Shown piece by piece: positions 1-9,585 of a stretch of DNA of 64,000 bases. The stretch is from Rhodospirillaceae bacterium. GTDB taxonomy: Bacteria; Pseudomonadota; Alphaproteobacteria; MPNO01; UBA2964. The notes beneath the pieces were generated by a model. The model saw nothing but the letters and a program-made list of their open reading frames with translations. It ran no database searches and was not told the DNA's origin. A program made the position numbers and the translations under genes. The DNA lies in assembly GCA_002709075.1 (NCBI GenBank), contig PAPV01000005.1:13352-77351 (forward strand). Reading direction: 5' to 3'. Numbering within the stretch: the stretch's first letter is position 1; every line of letters begins with the position of its first letter.

Positions 1-1
1 C

Positions 2-970
2 AAGAGAAAAACAAGCTGCTTATCAATTGTTATTAGTTTTTCATTGATAGGCTTCTCTGTCTTTATAATTTTACCTATGGAGCCTTTGAGAAAGGTTGAT
101 AAGAAGTCTACGGTATCATCAAAAATAATACAAAAGGAAGAAGCTTCTCCTGAAATTATAGTGATACCGAGAGCACCAGTCTTTCATTCTTTAAAAGAAA
201 AAAAATCAATTGATGCACATGAAAAGAAAAATAATTTTTCCCAAACACCTCTGCAGAGGCGGATGTTGTCAGTAAAAAAGAGAAATAACAAAGTGAAGGA
301 AGGTCAAACTCAATTTAGTACAGGAAGACTACTTGATAAAAATAGTGATGAAAGTTTATCAGAAAATAAAATAGGTGAAAATACTCTAACCGCGGCCCAA
401 AAAAAGGATAATAGCAATTTAAAAAAGGAGACCAGTGTAAGTATTCCAGACGGGCGCTTTCTTTTGAGAATACTTGAGCATGGCAAAGGTCCAGAGATAT
501 TTATTGGTTGGCCACAAAATCTTTCTGATAGGAGCCGCCTTTATCATCTTTTACGCAAGTGTTACGGGATGAAAAATGCTGTAATTAGCCAGAAGAATGT
601 GCTTTATTCAGAAGCAACTTTGCCGGGAAGAACTTGGATTCCTAACACGGATTTATTCAGTGGTTTTTTGCGTTCGCCAATTGGACAGCCAATTAAATCC
701 GAGGATCAAAATTTTGAAAAGATTGCTCAACGACATAATCTTTCAATTTGGAATCCTGTTCGAATTTTTCCAAGAAATGTTGATGCAATGATACTATCTG
801 GTTTGCGTAATTTGATTGGTCAAAAATATCAGAAAGCACAAATTGTACGAGCTCATTACATGTTGAAAGGTGGATCTTTTCTCTACCTTCATAAGATAAC
901 AGTTGATAGAAAGCCGGTTTTTGGTGAAATCAGAATTCCACTTAATAATAAATTGTTATGCGCAGCTTAA
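2..970 (+). CDS. Membrane-anchored hypothetical protein, 5'-truncated (TM helix + K/S/E-rich linker + globular C-terminal domain; TonB/TolA-like layout)
   Basis: The frame of ORF 44..970 is open to the window edge (KRKTSCLSIVISFSLIGFSVFIILP = basic residues then a TM segment). About 100 aa of low-complexity linker follow, then a folded-looking domain. The stop overlaps the next ATG (TAATG at 968-972). Confidence 0.6.
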   Translation, partial: KRKTSCLSIVISFSLIGFSVFIILPMEPLRKVDKKSTVSSKIIQKEEASPEIIVIPRAPVFHSLKEKKSIDAHEKKNNFSQTPLQRRMLSVKKRNNKVKEGQTQFSTGRLLDKNSDESLSENKIGENTLTAAQKKDNSNLKKETSVSIPDGRFLLRILEHGKGPEIFIGWPQNLSDRSRLYHLLRKCYGMKNAVISQKNVLYSEATLPGRTWIPNTDLFSGFLRSPIGQPIKSEDQNFEKIAQRHNLSIWNPVRIFPRNVDAMILSGLRNLIGQKYQKAQIVRAHYMLKGGSFLYLHKITVDRKPVFGEIRIPLNNKLLCAA

Positions 971-1641
971 TGCGTTTTCTTAGTTCAGGGCGTTTTGCTC
1001 TCATTTCTTTATGTTTTCTGATCTGGATATTGCCTGCGGCGTGTATGCAAACTTCATATTCGGAAATAAGTGATGCACCCCAAAGAACAAATTTTTTTGA
1101 TCGATCGGTGGAATTTAAGCTGTATAGAGAATTCTTTCAATTTGCACCTGAATGCGTGGTTATTTCGATAAGGTCAAGCCACGCTATAAATCCCGTAAGC
1201 TTATTAATAGCACGTTCATTTGAGAGGTATCTTAGAGATAAAATCAAAAAAGTTATTGGATTGAGACATGCAGTTAAATTATCCAGAAAGATTGGAGTCA
1301 GTTTGGATTATCAAGAAGATCGAATAATTTTCGCAAATTTGTCTAAATGCAGCTTTCTTGCAGAAATAGAGATTAGAAGAATAGAAGATACATTTCTTTT
1401 TATATGGGCAAACCGATCAATTGATTTGAATTTTCAATTATTATGTTTGCTAACAGGAAAGACCCTTTTTAAAAGTTCTCATACTGCAAAGCGGGGCAAC
1501 GGTGGAATACCGCTATCCGCATATGCCATGCCCATTTCTCTTGCTCAAGCCGCTAAGGTAACAGGGGATAGAGAGATATTTCTTTCTCTTGCTGACGATG
1601 CAGCGCGACGGATGTTAAAGCCGCTACCTGATCTGCGTTAA
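970..1641 (+). CDS. Putative lipoprotein (DUF799/LpoB/CsgG-like alpha/beta fold suspected)
   Basis: Signal peptide MRFLSSGRFALISLCFLIWILPAAC ends in a lipobox-like Cys. Translationally coupled to the upstream gene. The family guess is from overall pattern only. Confidence 0.55.
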   Translation: MRFLSSGRFALISLCFLIWILPAACMQTSYSEISDAPQRTNFFDRSVEFKLYREFFQFAPECVVISIRSSHAINPVSLLIARSFERYLRDKIKKVIGLRHAVKLSRKIGVSLDYQEDRIIFANLSKCSFLAEIEIRRIEDTFLFIWANRSIDLNFQLLCLLTGKTLFKSSHTAKRGNGGIPLSAYAMPISLAQAAKVTGDREIFLSLADDAARRMLKPLPDLR

Positions 1642-1677
1642 ATATCAAATAATCCACGTGGATTGTGTTCCTTACAT

Positions 1678-3213
1678 CTAAAAATCTTGTGACTCTGTCG
1701 AACCACTAAGTTTGCCTCGACGTAATGGAAATTTATCTTCCTTGTATCGTAACGCTTTATCTTCATTGTTAGGAATTTTTGTAGGATCTGTTGTATTTTG
1801 TTGGTGTTTAAATTTTCTAGCACCAGCAGCTTTATTTGCGTTCCAAGAGACGATCACACCATATATTCCCTGGCTGGTCACTGGATGAGGTGCTTGCCAA
1901 TCTAAAACCTCATGAATGCCGTTTATTTTTGCGAACCCTGCCCCCTGTTCCATTTTTTTTCGGGCACTCCTATTAAGTTGGACTTTCGCAACTTTATTTT
2001 TATATGTTCTTACATCTTGTGATGTTTTGGAAGCTTCTTGGAGTGCGACTGTTTGATTAATAAAGAGGCGTAATAGATTTTCAGCAGCTAATTTCGCGTT
2101 AGTCTTCGCCGCAATTATAGAACTGCTATCGTTGCGGTCGACCTCAGATTGTCCGTATGAAATTAAGTTAACGTGGCCATTTTCGTCTACTTTAATCGTT
2201 AAACCCCAGCTATTAATTAAATCAAATAATTCGTTTTGATTATTCGGATTTGGAAGTTGATCTCTGATAGGTCGATTTGGAAACAGGGTTGGTACACCAG
2301 AAAAATTTCTGGCTGCCATTGCATCGGCTAGTCTCTCTGATTTTCGGCTATATCGCAAAACTACGCAAATTTGTGCATACTGATTATTTGTTGTTAAATT
2401 TTCGCTAACATACTGAGTGTATATACCTTTCATACGTTCTTTTGCTGTCGCTTCGATTATTTCGTCAAATTGGCGAGTGCGAAGTAATTTTTTAGCCTCC
2501 TCTTCAGCCTTTTTTGCTGCCTTTATAAGCTCTTGACGTTTGGTCTGATTTGACTCATTTCGTGCTTTTTTTTCGGCATCTATATCGATGCCACGCTTTC
2601 TTAAATCCTCGTCAATCAGGGTATTTAGCCATTTAAAGCCTTTATCCATAGTACTAGACAAGGAGGGTTTTTGATAACGTTTTTGATCCAAGAGAGCCAA
2701 TTTTTTCCGTAAACTGGCTGCCTGATCAGCCGCACTTTTCTCAGTTTTATTCAAGGATGTTTGGGGAGCTAATCTAACGCTTGCTTCGCTCAAGATCTTT
2801 TTTTCTAGCGAGGCAGCCATTTTCGTATTTGCATCCATCCATGCTTCACGAAATGCTACATAGCGACTATCAATGAAACCGGGCTGCCCAATCTTTATTT
2901 CCGTAGATGCAATCCCTAGCGCTAAAGCAAATTCATTATTTTTACTCAGGTTGTTGAACCCTTCGGTCCAACCTTTTTCTCTTATATATTTTCCACATGA
3001 ACTTCCGCTAATAGTTCTCGCCATGCTCAATCTAAGCATAGTTCCTTGTTTCGGTGAGAAACCGGTGATTTTACCATTTACATCAACATTTGAGGGTAAG
3101 AATTTAGTCTGAACTTGAGCAAAAGCACTAAACGTTAAAAAAGAAAGAATACTTGCAAATACGATTAATGAACCTGATTCTGTAAAGTTAACTTTCCGGA
3201 TCCTTAATTTCAT
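1678..3213 (-). CDS. Secreted protein, DUF6844-like (Campylobacter Cj0092-like)
   Basis: 511 aa ORF with a Sec signal (..FLTFSAFA|Q) and a central coiled-coil. Motifs FIDSRYVAFREAW and DENGHVNLISYGQ recall DUF6844 proteins. Lies directly downstream of a CsgG-family gene. Confidence 0.55.
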   Translation of the reverse strand: MKLRIRKVNFTESGSLIVFASILSFLTFSAFAQVQTKFLPSNVDVNGKITGFSPKQGTMLRLSMARTISGSSCGKYIREKGWTEGFNNLSKNNEFALALGIASTEIKIGQPGFIDSRYVAFREAWMDANTKMAASLEKKILSEASVRLAPQTSLNKTEKSAADQAASLRKKLALLDQKRYQKPSLSSTMDKGFKWLNTLIDEDLRKRGIDIDAEKKARNESNQTKRQELIKAAKKAEEEAKKLLRTRQFDEIIEATAKERMKGIYTQYVSENLTTNNQYAQICVVLRYSRKSERLADAMAARNFSGVPTLFPNRPIRDQLPNPNNQNELFDLINSWGLTIKVDENGHVNLISYGQSEVDRNDSSSIIAAKTNAKLAAENLLRLFINQTVALQEASKTSQDVRTYKNKVAKVQLNRSARKKMEQGAGFAKINGIHEVLDWQAPHPVTSQGIYGVIVSWNANKAAGARKFKHQQNTTDPTKIPNNEDKALRYKEDKFPLRRGKLSGSTESQDF

Positions 3214-3260
3214 TTTTTACACCACCATATTTAATTTGTATTTTTGCAACCTTATCTATG

Positions 3261-4514
3261 TCAGTCTGTTTGAAAATCGAGATCAATCATCTTCTCAATA
3301 TCACTGAATTTTTTTTTAATAATTCTCTTTCGGTAATTTTGTTGTTGTTGGCGAGCGATAAGATCACTCTTTAATATGTCACTGCGAGCAATCTTTAAAT
3401 CAACAATTTCTCCTGTGGAAACTTTTGATTGACTTCCAATTATTTTTATCATCCCAACAGTTTCTTCTTTTCTTCCCAAAGATTCTCCTGTGTATGGGTC
3501 AATAAGTTTTCTACCCAACGCCACAAGATTGTATTGGGTTCCAATTTTGACCGTGTCTCCACCCTGGCCAAGCGTGACTATATTTCCACTTACATCTAAA
3601 ACTGATATAGGAAAGATCGCGTCCACGATCTTTCTACCGAAAATTTCTGCAAACTTCCTTGCTAAAGTCTCCATCGAGCCATCCTTATGGCTCAGTTGCT
3701 CGGTTGCAGAAAATTTTATCTGTGTGCTGACAATATCAATAATTCTTATAGTAATTTTCGCCGACGTCTTAGTGGTTTTTATGAGTTGCCCTGTCGTTTT
3801 AATTGCAGTTTTTGAAAGTTTATAACGCGCTCGTTCTACAAGCCCAGTAATTATATAATCAGCACCAAGACGATTACCTAAACGTGCCAATTCATCTGCG
3901 TTTGTTCCATCCCTTTTTAAGAAGTCTAACTCACTGTCTTGTTCGTCAAGAAAAATACGGTCGAGCACTGCAAATTTTCGAGACTGTGTAATATAATTTT
4001 CTAAATTAAGGCGAAAAACCCTTTCAAAATTCTGTATATGACTTTTGGGAGTCGTTTTTTCCAAAATCCTAAGAGGAACAAGAGACAGTTTTATGCGGCG
4101 CAATTGAGAATTGTGTTTAAATACTGGAACGGTGACTCTTAATAATACACGATAAAGTTTAGATCGTGTATCTTTTTTTCGACTTATAATTTCATAGCTT
4201 TTTACAATTCCCTGTGTTCTTTTCGAAATACTTTCCTCAAAAAATTTTTTAGTTTGTGTAATCTTTTTATTATTTTTAGAAAAAGCTTTTTGAGACAACA
4301 AATTGTTAGCCCGGCTGCTTATTATTGATCCGTTAACTTTATTTATACCTACTATCAATGCTCTTTCTACTGCACGTTGCAGACTAACACCCCTACCTTC
4401 TGCGTCTACAGTTCGATATTCGATGCGGGCACTAACATTTCTGGTGCTGAGTAAAATTAAACAAATCAACGTAATACAGGTAGCTGACAAGTACACAGGT
4501 TTATTTTGTATCAT
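3261..4514 (-). CDS. CsgG/HfaB-family exported protein with FlgT-like three-domain architecture
   Basis: Sec signal (..RNVSA|R); N-domain VDAEGRGVSLQRAVERAL; middle CsgG-like segment TQSRKFAVLDR...LGADYIITG; C-terminal LIDPYTGESLG beta-domain. Confidence 0.75.
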   Translation of the reverse strand: MIQNKPVYLSATCITLICLILLSTRNVSARIEYRTVDAEGRGVSLQRAVERALIVGINKVNGSIISSRANNLLSQKAFSKNNKKITQTKKFFEESISKRTQGIVKSYEIISRKKDTRSKLYRVLLRVTVPVFKHNSQLRRIKLSLVPLRILEKTTPKSHIQNFERVFRLNLENYITQSRKFAVLDRIFLDEQDSELDFLKRDGTNADELARLGNRLGADYIITGLVERARYKLSKTAIKTTGQLIKTTKTSAKITIRIIDIVSTQIKFSATEQLSHKDGSMETLARKFAEIFGRKIVDAIFPISVLDVSGNIVTLGQGGDTVKIGTQYNLVALGRKLIDPYTGESLGRKEETVGMIKIIGSQSKVSTGEIVDLKIARSDILKSDLIARQQQQNYRKRIIKKKFSDIEKMIDLDFQTD

Positions 4515-4529
4515 CAGAAACCACCTTAG

Positions 4530-5645
4530 CTATTTCAAACCCTTTTTTTGCAATTCTTTTGCAATAATTTGCCCTGTCATTTTTCCTGCTCTCATCAATG
4601 CATTAGTTCGAGCAGATTTTTCATTTGTCCCAAGTCCAGACCATTGTTTTTGAACTGCAGAAACTTTTCTAGAGAATCTTTTTGAGACATCATAAACTGC
4701 TACATTAACACGAACGGACACCATTCTGCGTCCACGATAATTTCGGGCGGCATCAACTGTCATACTGCCTCGTGCAAAAAACTTAAAGTCACACCGTCGC
4801 GCGGCTTTGCGTATTTGATTCCAGTGTCTACCTGCCATTTTGTTTTTACTTTTGAAAATAGAGGATACTGTCTCGGCTGAGGGAATTTGCCCACATTCAT
4901 CGGCGGCCCCAACCAACTCGCCATATGGCGTCCATTCGTATCCAGCGTTTGTCAATTGTCCGCTGACTGCCGTATTAAAGTCATCATCACTGATAATTTT
5001 GTATTTTATATTATCAGATTTTCTTATTGTGCTGCCACCCGTTTCACTCTTCTGTTTAGACACATCCGCGTTGTAAACCAGCGCTTTACCATCTGAGGCC
5101 TGAGAAATTTGCTTAGATTTTGCTTTACTCAGAGATTTAGAATTTTTCTTTCGATTTACGTCAAATGTTTCCGCAGTTTGAGCCTGTCTTGCAATAAAAA
5201 GGGCTGTGAACGCGGAACCTGCACCGGATACTATAGGTTGTTTCTTCTTAATATTGAGTGCCTGTAAAATTCGTGTACTGTCGATATTTAAACAGACATC
5301 GGTTTTTAAAGTTTGTTCAGACTCAGAAAATTCACGTTTGCCAGCTTCATTATAATTAGAGATGTAAAAACCCAAATTTTTAAGAAAAATATTTTTTTTT
5401 AACTCATAAGCTTTAAACTGATCTCCATCGAGAGAATGGATAAAATTTTTCCACGCGGCCAATACAGCTTTTTTCTTCCCATCTATTATATGCTCATCGG
5501 AAGCTTCTTCCACCTCCTCATATTCATCAGTTTTTATTACTGAAGTACCCTTAATACATGAGGCAGAAAGGATTGAAGTAGATATTACAAAAGATAAAAA
5601 AAAGGCGATGTATGCTATGATCATATTTTTGGGTAAAACTAACAT
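4530..5645 (-). CDS. Secreted hypothetical protein (possible FlgT-N/TolB-N-like domains)
   Basis: 371 aa ORF with a hydrophobic N-terminal signal, 15 nt upstream of the CsgG-like gene. RBS-like AGGAAGG upstream. Confidence 0.65.
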   Translation of the reverse strand: MLVLPKNMIIAYIAFFLSFVISTSILSASCIKGTSVIKTDEYEEVEEASDEHIIDGKKKAVLAAWKNFIHSLDGDQFKAYELKKNIFLKNLGFYISNYNEAGKREFSESEQTLKTDVCLNIDSTRILQALNIKKKQPIVSGAGSAFTALFIARQAQTAETFDVNRKKNSKSLSKAKSKQISQASDGKALVYNADVSKQKSETGGSTIRKSDNIKYKIISDDDFNTAVSGQLTNAGYEWTPYGELVGAADECGQIPSAETVSSIFKSKNKMAGRHWNQIRKAARRCDFKFFARGSMTVDAARNYRGRRMVSVRVNVAVYDVSKRFSRKVSAVQKQWSGLGTNEKSARTNALMRAGKMTGQIIAKELQKKGLK

Positions 5646-5713
5646 TTAACCTTCCTAGTTTTTTTAGCATTAAAAGGTAAAATATAAAAAAAACTGACTA
5701 AAGGAAACAAAAA

Positions 5714-7078
5714 ATGAAACTTCTCCATTTATCCCGCAGACAGGTGATAAAGGGTATGACTGCTGGTAGTTTTATTGCTTCTTTTGACTCCGCTGTATCT
5801 GCAGTTCCGCGGATACCAATTAGGATTCTTTGGACTGGGGTTACATTTATGCGGAGCTGTCCAATCGAAAGTGCTTCTTGCAAAGAATTAGATGACTATT
5901 TTCCTCATACCTGGGCTACGCTCTCTAGCAGCGTTGGAAATAGTGAAAAAATTCATTTACTAGATAAGGTGGTATTCAGATCAGTTGCTCCAATTACGGG
6001 CAAATATAATAATATTCGAATGATTTTCCCGGGGCCGGAAAATTCATTTGGTGCGTCAATCGAGACAAATTTGGGGATGTTTGTTGGCATATCATCGGAT
6101 AGAGACATTGCACATCACTATGTAAAATCAGAGAACCAACTTGTTCAAATTGCGGAATTGCAGACTTACGTAATTGTTTTTGACATAAAAAACTATTCTA
6201 TTATTCAGAGTTATCCTCTTCGTTTTGTGGGAATTGATTCGACACAGAAAAAAAATAGACGAGAGTTTGTTAAAAAAATGCAGTGGGAAACACTTGTGGG
6301 CACTGGTTCAAATGAAAAAAGTTTATCCAGAGCTCTTGCAAAAACTTTAAAAAAACTTGTCGTCAATCAACAAAAACCCGTCGGTGTAAGGGTAACGAGG
6401 ATACAATTAAAGGGTGTTGCTAAGAAATGGTTAGAGCAGGAACCAACCGCATCAAAACATACGGAGAGTGATTATCGTGAAATACTTGGTAATGCTTTGA
6501 CCTCAGCCATTTCGGAGAAACTTCAAATAGGTATACAACCATTTTCTCCTGCTGATTCCATCATGCGTGTAACCGACAGCATGGTTAACAAAAGCAGTGA
6601 ACTCTTAGATAAAGATTTTAATAATGGAAATATTGATTGGGATATCCGTTTAACGGCTTTTGGAACCCAAATACAAAATAAAAGGATTGCCGGAAGAAAG
6701 TACCTTTTTAATCGCAGAATAGACATATTTGTTGGAATTTCAGTGGGTAAGTATAAACGCTCCTATGCTGATGAACAAAGACTTATTGAAATTAAAGAAG
6801 ACCAAATTCTTGAAAAGGAAGTATTTAAAAATAAATTTCATGCAGTTTCAATAGAAGAAACAACTGGCACGTGGTCAAACAACTGGTTTTATGCGCTTGA
6901 TCTTCATACAAGACTATTCGAGTGGCTTTTTGAAAATTTGAGAAAAGAAAACTACGCACTTATTTTTAATGGGGAACAAAAAAATCTAAAAACTAGAAGG
7001 TTTCTTACGAAAGCTCACTCGCACAATTTTTCTCAATTTAAAGAACAAGCGAAGGCTCTAAGAAATATTTTAATATGA
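5714..7078 (+). CDS. Putative Tat-exported hypothetical protein
   Basis: 454 aa ORF. N-terminus LSRRQVIKG matches the twin-arginine motif, with cleavage at ..SAVSA|V. RBS AAGGA upstream. Confidence 0.65.
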   Translation: MKLLHLSRRQVIKGMTAGSFIASFDSAVSAVPRIPIRILWTGVTFMRSCPIESASCKELDDYFPHTWATLSSSVGNSEKIHLLDKVVFRSVAPITGKYNNIRMIFPGPENSFGASIETNLGMFVGISSDRDIAHHYVKSENQLVQIAELQTYVIVFDIKNYSIIQSYPLRFVGIDSTQKKNRREFVKKMQWETLVGTGSNEKSLSRALAKTLKKLVVNQQKPVGVRVTRIQLKGVAKKWLEQEPTASKHTESDYREILGNALTSAISEKLQIGIQPFSPADSIMRVTDSMVNKSSELLDKDFNNGNIDWDIRLTAFGTQIQNKRIAGRKYLFNRRIDIFVGISVGKYKRSYADEQRLIEIKEDQILEKEVFKNKFHAVSIEETTGTWSNNWFYALDLHTRLFEWLFENLRKENYALIFNGEQKNLKTRRFLTKAHSHNFSQFKEQAKALRNILI

Positions 7079-7096
7079 AATTGTATCACTGAAACG

Positions 7097-8470
7097 TTAC
7101 TGGTCAAAAATCTTCATGTTTGCTTCTTCCGCATTAATGATGCCATTATTTACAGGGATTTCTTTTTTTGCTGCGTAATCTGTAAGTGCGTGATGGAGTT
7201 TGCAGGCTGTTTTGAGGCCTTTGTCCATTGCTGGTGCAACTGCCACAGTGTCACTCAGTGAACCAAAGTTGTTGAAAAAGCTGAGAGTAGTTTTTCCTAA
7301 TTGCGCAATAACATACCTGTTCATTCCTCTTGCTCTTTTCAGTTTCTCTTTTCCAATTGGGTCGAGTTCATGCGTTGCATTAGAAATTTTTCTTTCAACC
7401 AAATCGGCTGCCGCTGTGGAGATCCTCACCAGCTTTCTTATAACCTGTTGGTTTTCATCAGCTTGATTTACCAAATCTTGAAAGCGTTTTTTTATTTCTG
7501 CTTGCTCTTTAGCAAAATCAAAGGCCTCGAGAAGGAGAAGCCCAGCTTGCATCTGGATCCTAACTAATTTTTCTGTGTCTCTTCTTAAGGTTGACCCGGA
7601 ATTGCTTACAATTTGCCTTTTTAGATCTGCTTTGATTTTCAACGCCTGAGCTGCATAACGCCGGTTACGTTCATGATATGGGTTTCTGGGATCCACAGCA
7701 ACAATGTGAAATAGTTTGACGATATTTTGCCATTCGTTCCCATCTTGGTTTTTCCAGTCGTCAGGATTTGAGAGAACATTTGCTGCTTTGGGTATGTTTT
7801 GTCTTACTCCATCGATGCCGAAGAAGAGCCGATGTCCAACAACATAAATTGCACCCAACGAAAAGTTTTCATATGCATCCATCAATATACGTTCTTGGTA
7901 GGCTTGTTTTGTATGAACACCGTTGAAATGAGCAAGTATTAGAGAATATGCAAACTTGGCATCATTTTGTTCTATTTCATCAAGGTCGTCGTTTGAAATT
8001 GCATATTTGATTTTTGCTGCAATCTCTAGTCTTCTTAGCCCGTCTACAATAAAGTTCTCAAAAAGACGTTGAATCTTCGAGGAATTAAATCCATTTCGAT
8101 ACCAAATAAGGTCCCGTGCCCATTTTTTTCCGTCCAATCTATTCATAAAGATAATGTTTTGTGTATCCGTTGTACCTTTGTTGAAATCTACAGCTACATC
8201 TTTTTTTATTGACTTAATATTAGCGTCAGATGCGTCATGCATCCATTCAAGTGGATCTGCATTTCTTCTGCATAGAAAACTAATAATAGAACCAGAAGAA
8301 TAATTTAGATTGCCATTTTGGTCTTGGGTATCTGGCTGAATAAAGGTAGGCGAATTATTTTTTGAAAGATTTTTAAACAAATTGTTTAGTTCAAAAGCAT
8401 ATGTGTTTGTGTTTGAACCCAATAGAAAAATAAATATAAAATATTTAACAATTAGAGCTGATTTACGCAT
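7097..8470 (-). CDS. Secreted helical protein with a possible Sel1-like repeat and a coiled-coil C-terminus
   Basis: 457 aa ORF with a Sec signal (..TNTYA|F). AIYVVGHRLFFGIDGVRQNIPKA resembles a Sel1 repeat. Confidence 0.6.
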   Translation of the reverse strand: MRKSALIVKYFIFIFLLGSNTNTYAFELNNLFKNLSKNNSPTFIQPDTQDQNGNLNYSSGSIISFLCRRNADPLEWMHDASDANIKSIKKDVAVDFNKGTTDTQNIIFMNRLDGKKWARDLIWYRNGFNSSKIQRLFENFIVDGLRRLEIAAKIKYAISNDDLDEIEQNDAKFAYSLILAHFNGVHTKQAYQERILMDAYENFSLGAIYVVGHRLFFGIDGVRQNIPKAANVLSNPDDWKNQDGNEWQNIVKLFHIVAVDPRNPYHERNRRYAAQALKIKADLKRQIVSNSGSTLRRDTEKLVRIQMQAGLLLLEAFDFAKEQAEIKKRFQDLVNQADENQQVIRKLVRISTAAADLVERKISNATHELDPIGKEKLKRARGMNRYVIAQLGKTTLSFFNNFGSLSDTVAVAPAMDKGLKTACKLHHALTDYAAKKEIPVNNGIINAEEANMKIFDQ

Positions 8471-8744
8471 TTATTTGTCCTGAAATATTACTATTCAAGG
8501 CGACAACTTATTTTTTTCCGGACAGTGTTTTCCAAATTTAGCCAATTTATCAGATACCTTGCTGAAAATAAATTAGATATTTGGAAAAAATATGTAAATT
8601 AAAGTTAGGCCGGCACTTGTTTGTTCTTCTAAAAACCTAAAATAGGATGGTAATTTAATTATATATAAAGTGATAAATTTTTGCTATCTAAATTTTGGCT
8701 TTAATAGCCCCAAAGACTTTAAGCTTGTTTATCAAATAACGGTA

Positions 8745-8951
8745 ATGAACTTAACAATGATTAGTCTTCATGTAGTAGTTTGTCATTTCTGCTTTGAAAA
8801 TTTTGAGGTGGAAATAGAAACCGATGGGTTGTTCACCGGAAAAAATCTTGAGATATTTGATTGCACAGTGTGTTGTAACCCTAATAAAGTAGAATACAGT
8901 GTTTGGGATGGAATAACTTCTATTCGAAATGTCGGCGATGGAAATGCATAA
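8745..8951 (+). CDS. Small cysteine-rich protein, CPXCG-motif family (zinc ribbon)
   Basis: CHFC...DCTVCCNP pattern typical of the CPXCG family (DCxVCCxP). Start ATG is 8745 or 8757. Confidence 0.7.
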   Translation: MNLTMISLHVVVCHFCFENFEVEIETDGLFTGKNLEIFDCTVCCNPNKVEYSVWDGITSIRNVGDGNA

Positions 8952-9041
8952 ATGGGTAAATAATGCGTCAATGAGATTAAGACTTAGAAAAAAACTACTC
9001 AAAAAAGTAAGTTGTCAAGTCAATGTAAACAGCTAATAGAT

Positions 9042-9419
9042 CTAATCCTTCAACCATGGCAATTGCCCGTCCCAGTCAATATCTAAATTATACCTTTCCA
9101 TAAGGTATGAGCGTACTTTCTTCTCAGAACTTCTTGTTACTGTTGATACATCTGTCCCAAAATAGAGCCACTCGCTTCCCGTAATTGCCCTGCAAAATAA
9201 TTCTTCACTTAAAGCTTTATGTTTTCTACTATGGTGATGACTGATAACTCTTAATCTAACAACATTCTTTTTATCACCAAACCCAATCTTAAGATCAATA
9301 GAGACATCTTGTGCGTTAAAGGTTTGATCTTGCGTGTGCGTTACTGAGACAGCCCCAGGTGGGCTTCTGTCGAAAAGGTCGATATAGTCTTCTTGGTTCT
9401 TAACCATAACCTTCCACAT
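9042..9419 (-). CDS. Hypothetical protein (125 aa)
   Basis: ATG start, protein-like composition, no competing long ORF. Confidence 0.55.
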   Translation of the reverse strand: MWKVMVKNQEDYIDLFDRSPPGAVSVTHTQDQTFNAQDVSIDLKIGFGDKKNVVRLRVISHHHSRKHKALSEELFCRAITGSEWLYFGTDVSTVTRSSEKKVRSYLMERYNLDIDWDGQLPWLKD

Positions 9420-9585
9420 CGGTATCCGTGGTTTGTGAATTTCTTTGTTTAATGTACGTAATACTCTTTACTCTAGATTTTTAAGAAATCCCGTAAGAAA
9501 AATAAATAATTTATTTAAACCGATTAAGGTTTCCTAAATTTTCGTCGAAAAGCAGTTTTGCACGGCTTTTTTGTGGAGTGAAGAA

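Noticed and set aside
3261-4514. Curli or holdfast secretion system
   Set aside because: No csgA/B/E/F or hfaA/D-like genes in the window, and the CsgG-like protein lacks a lipobox.
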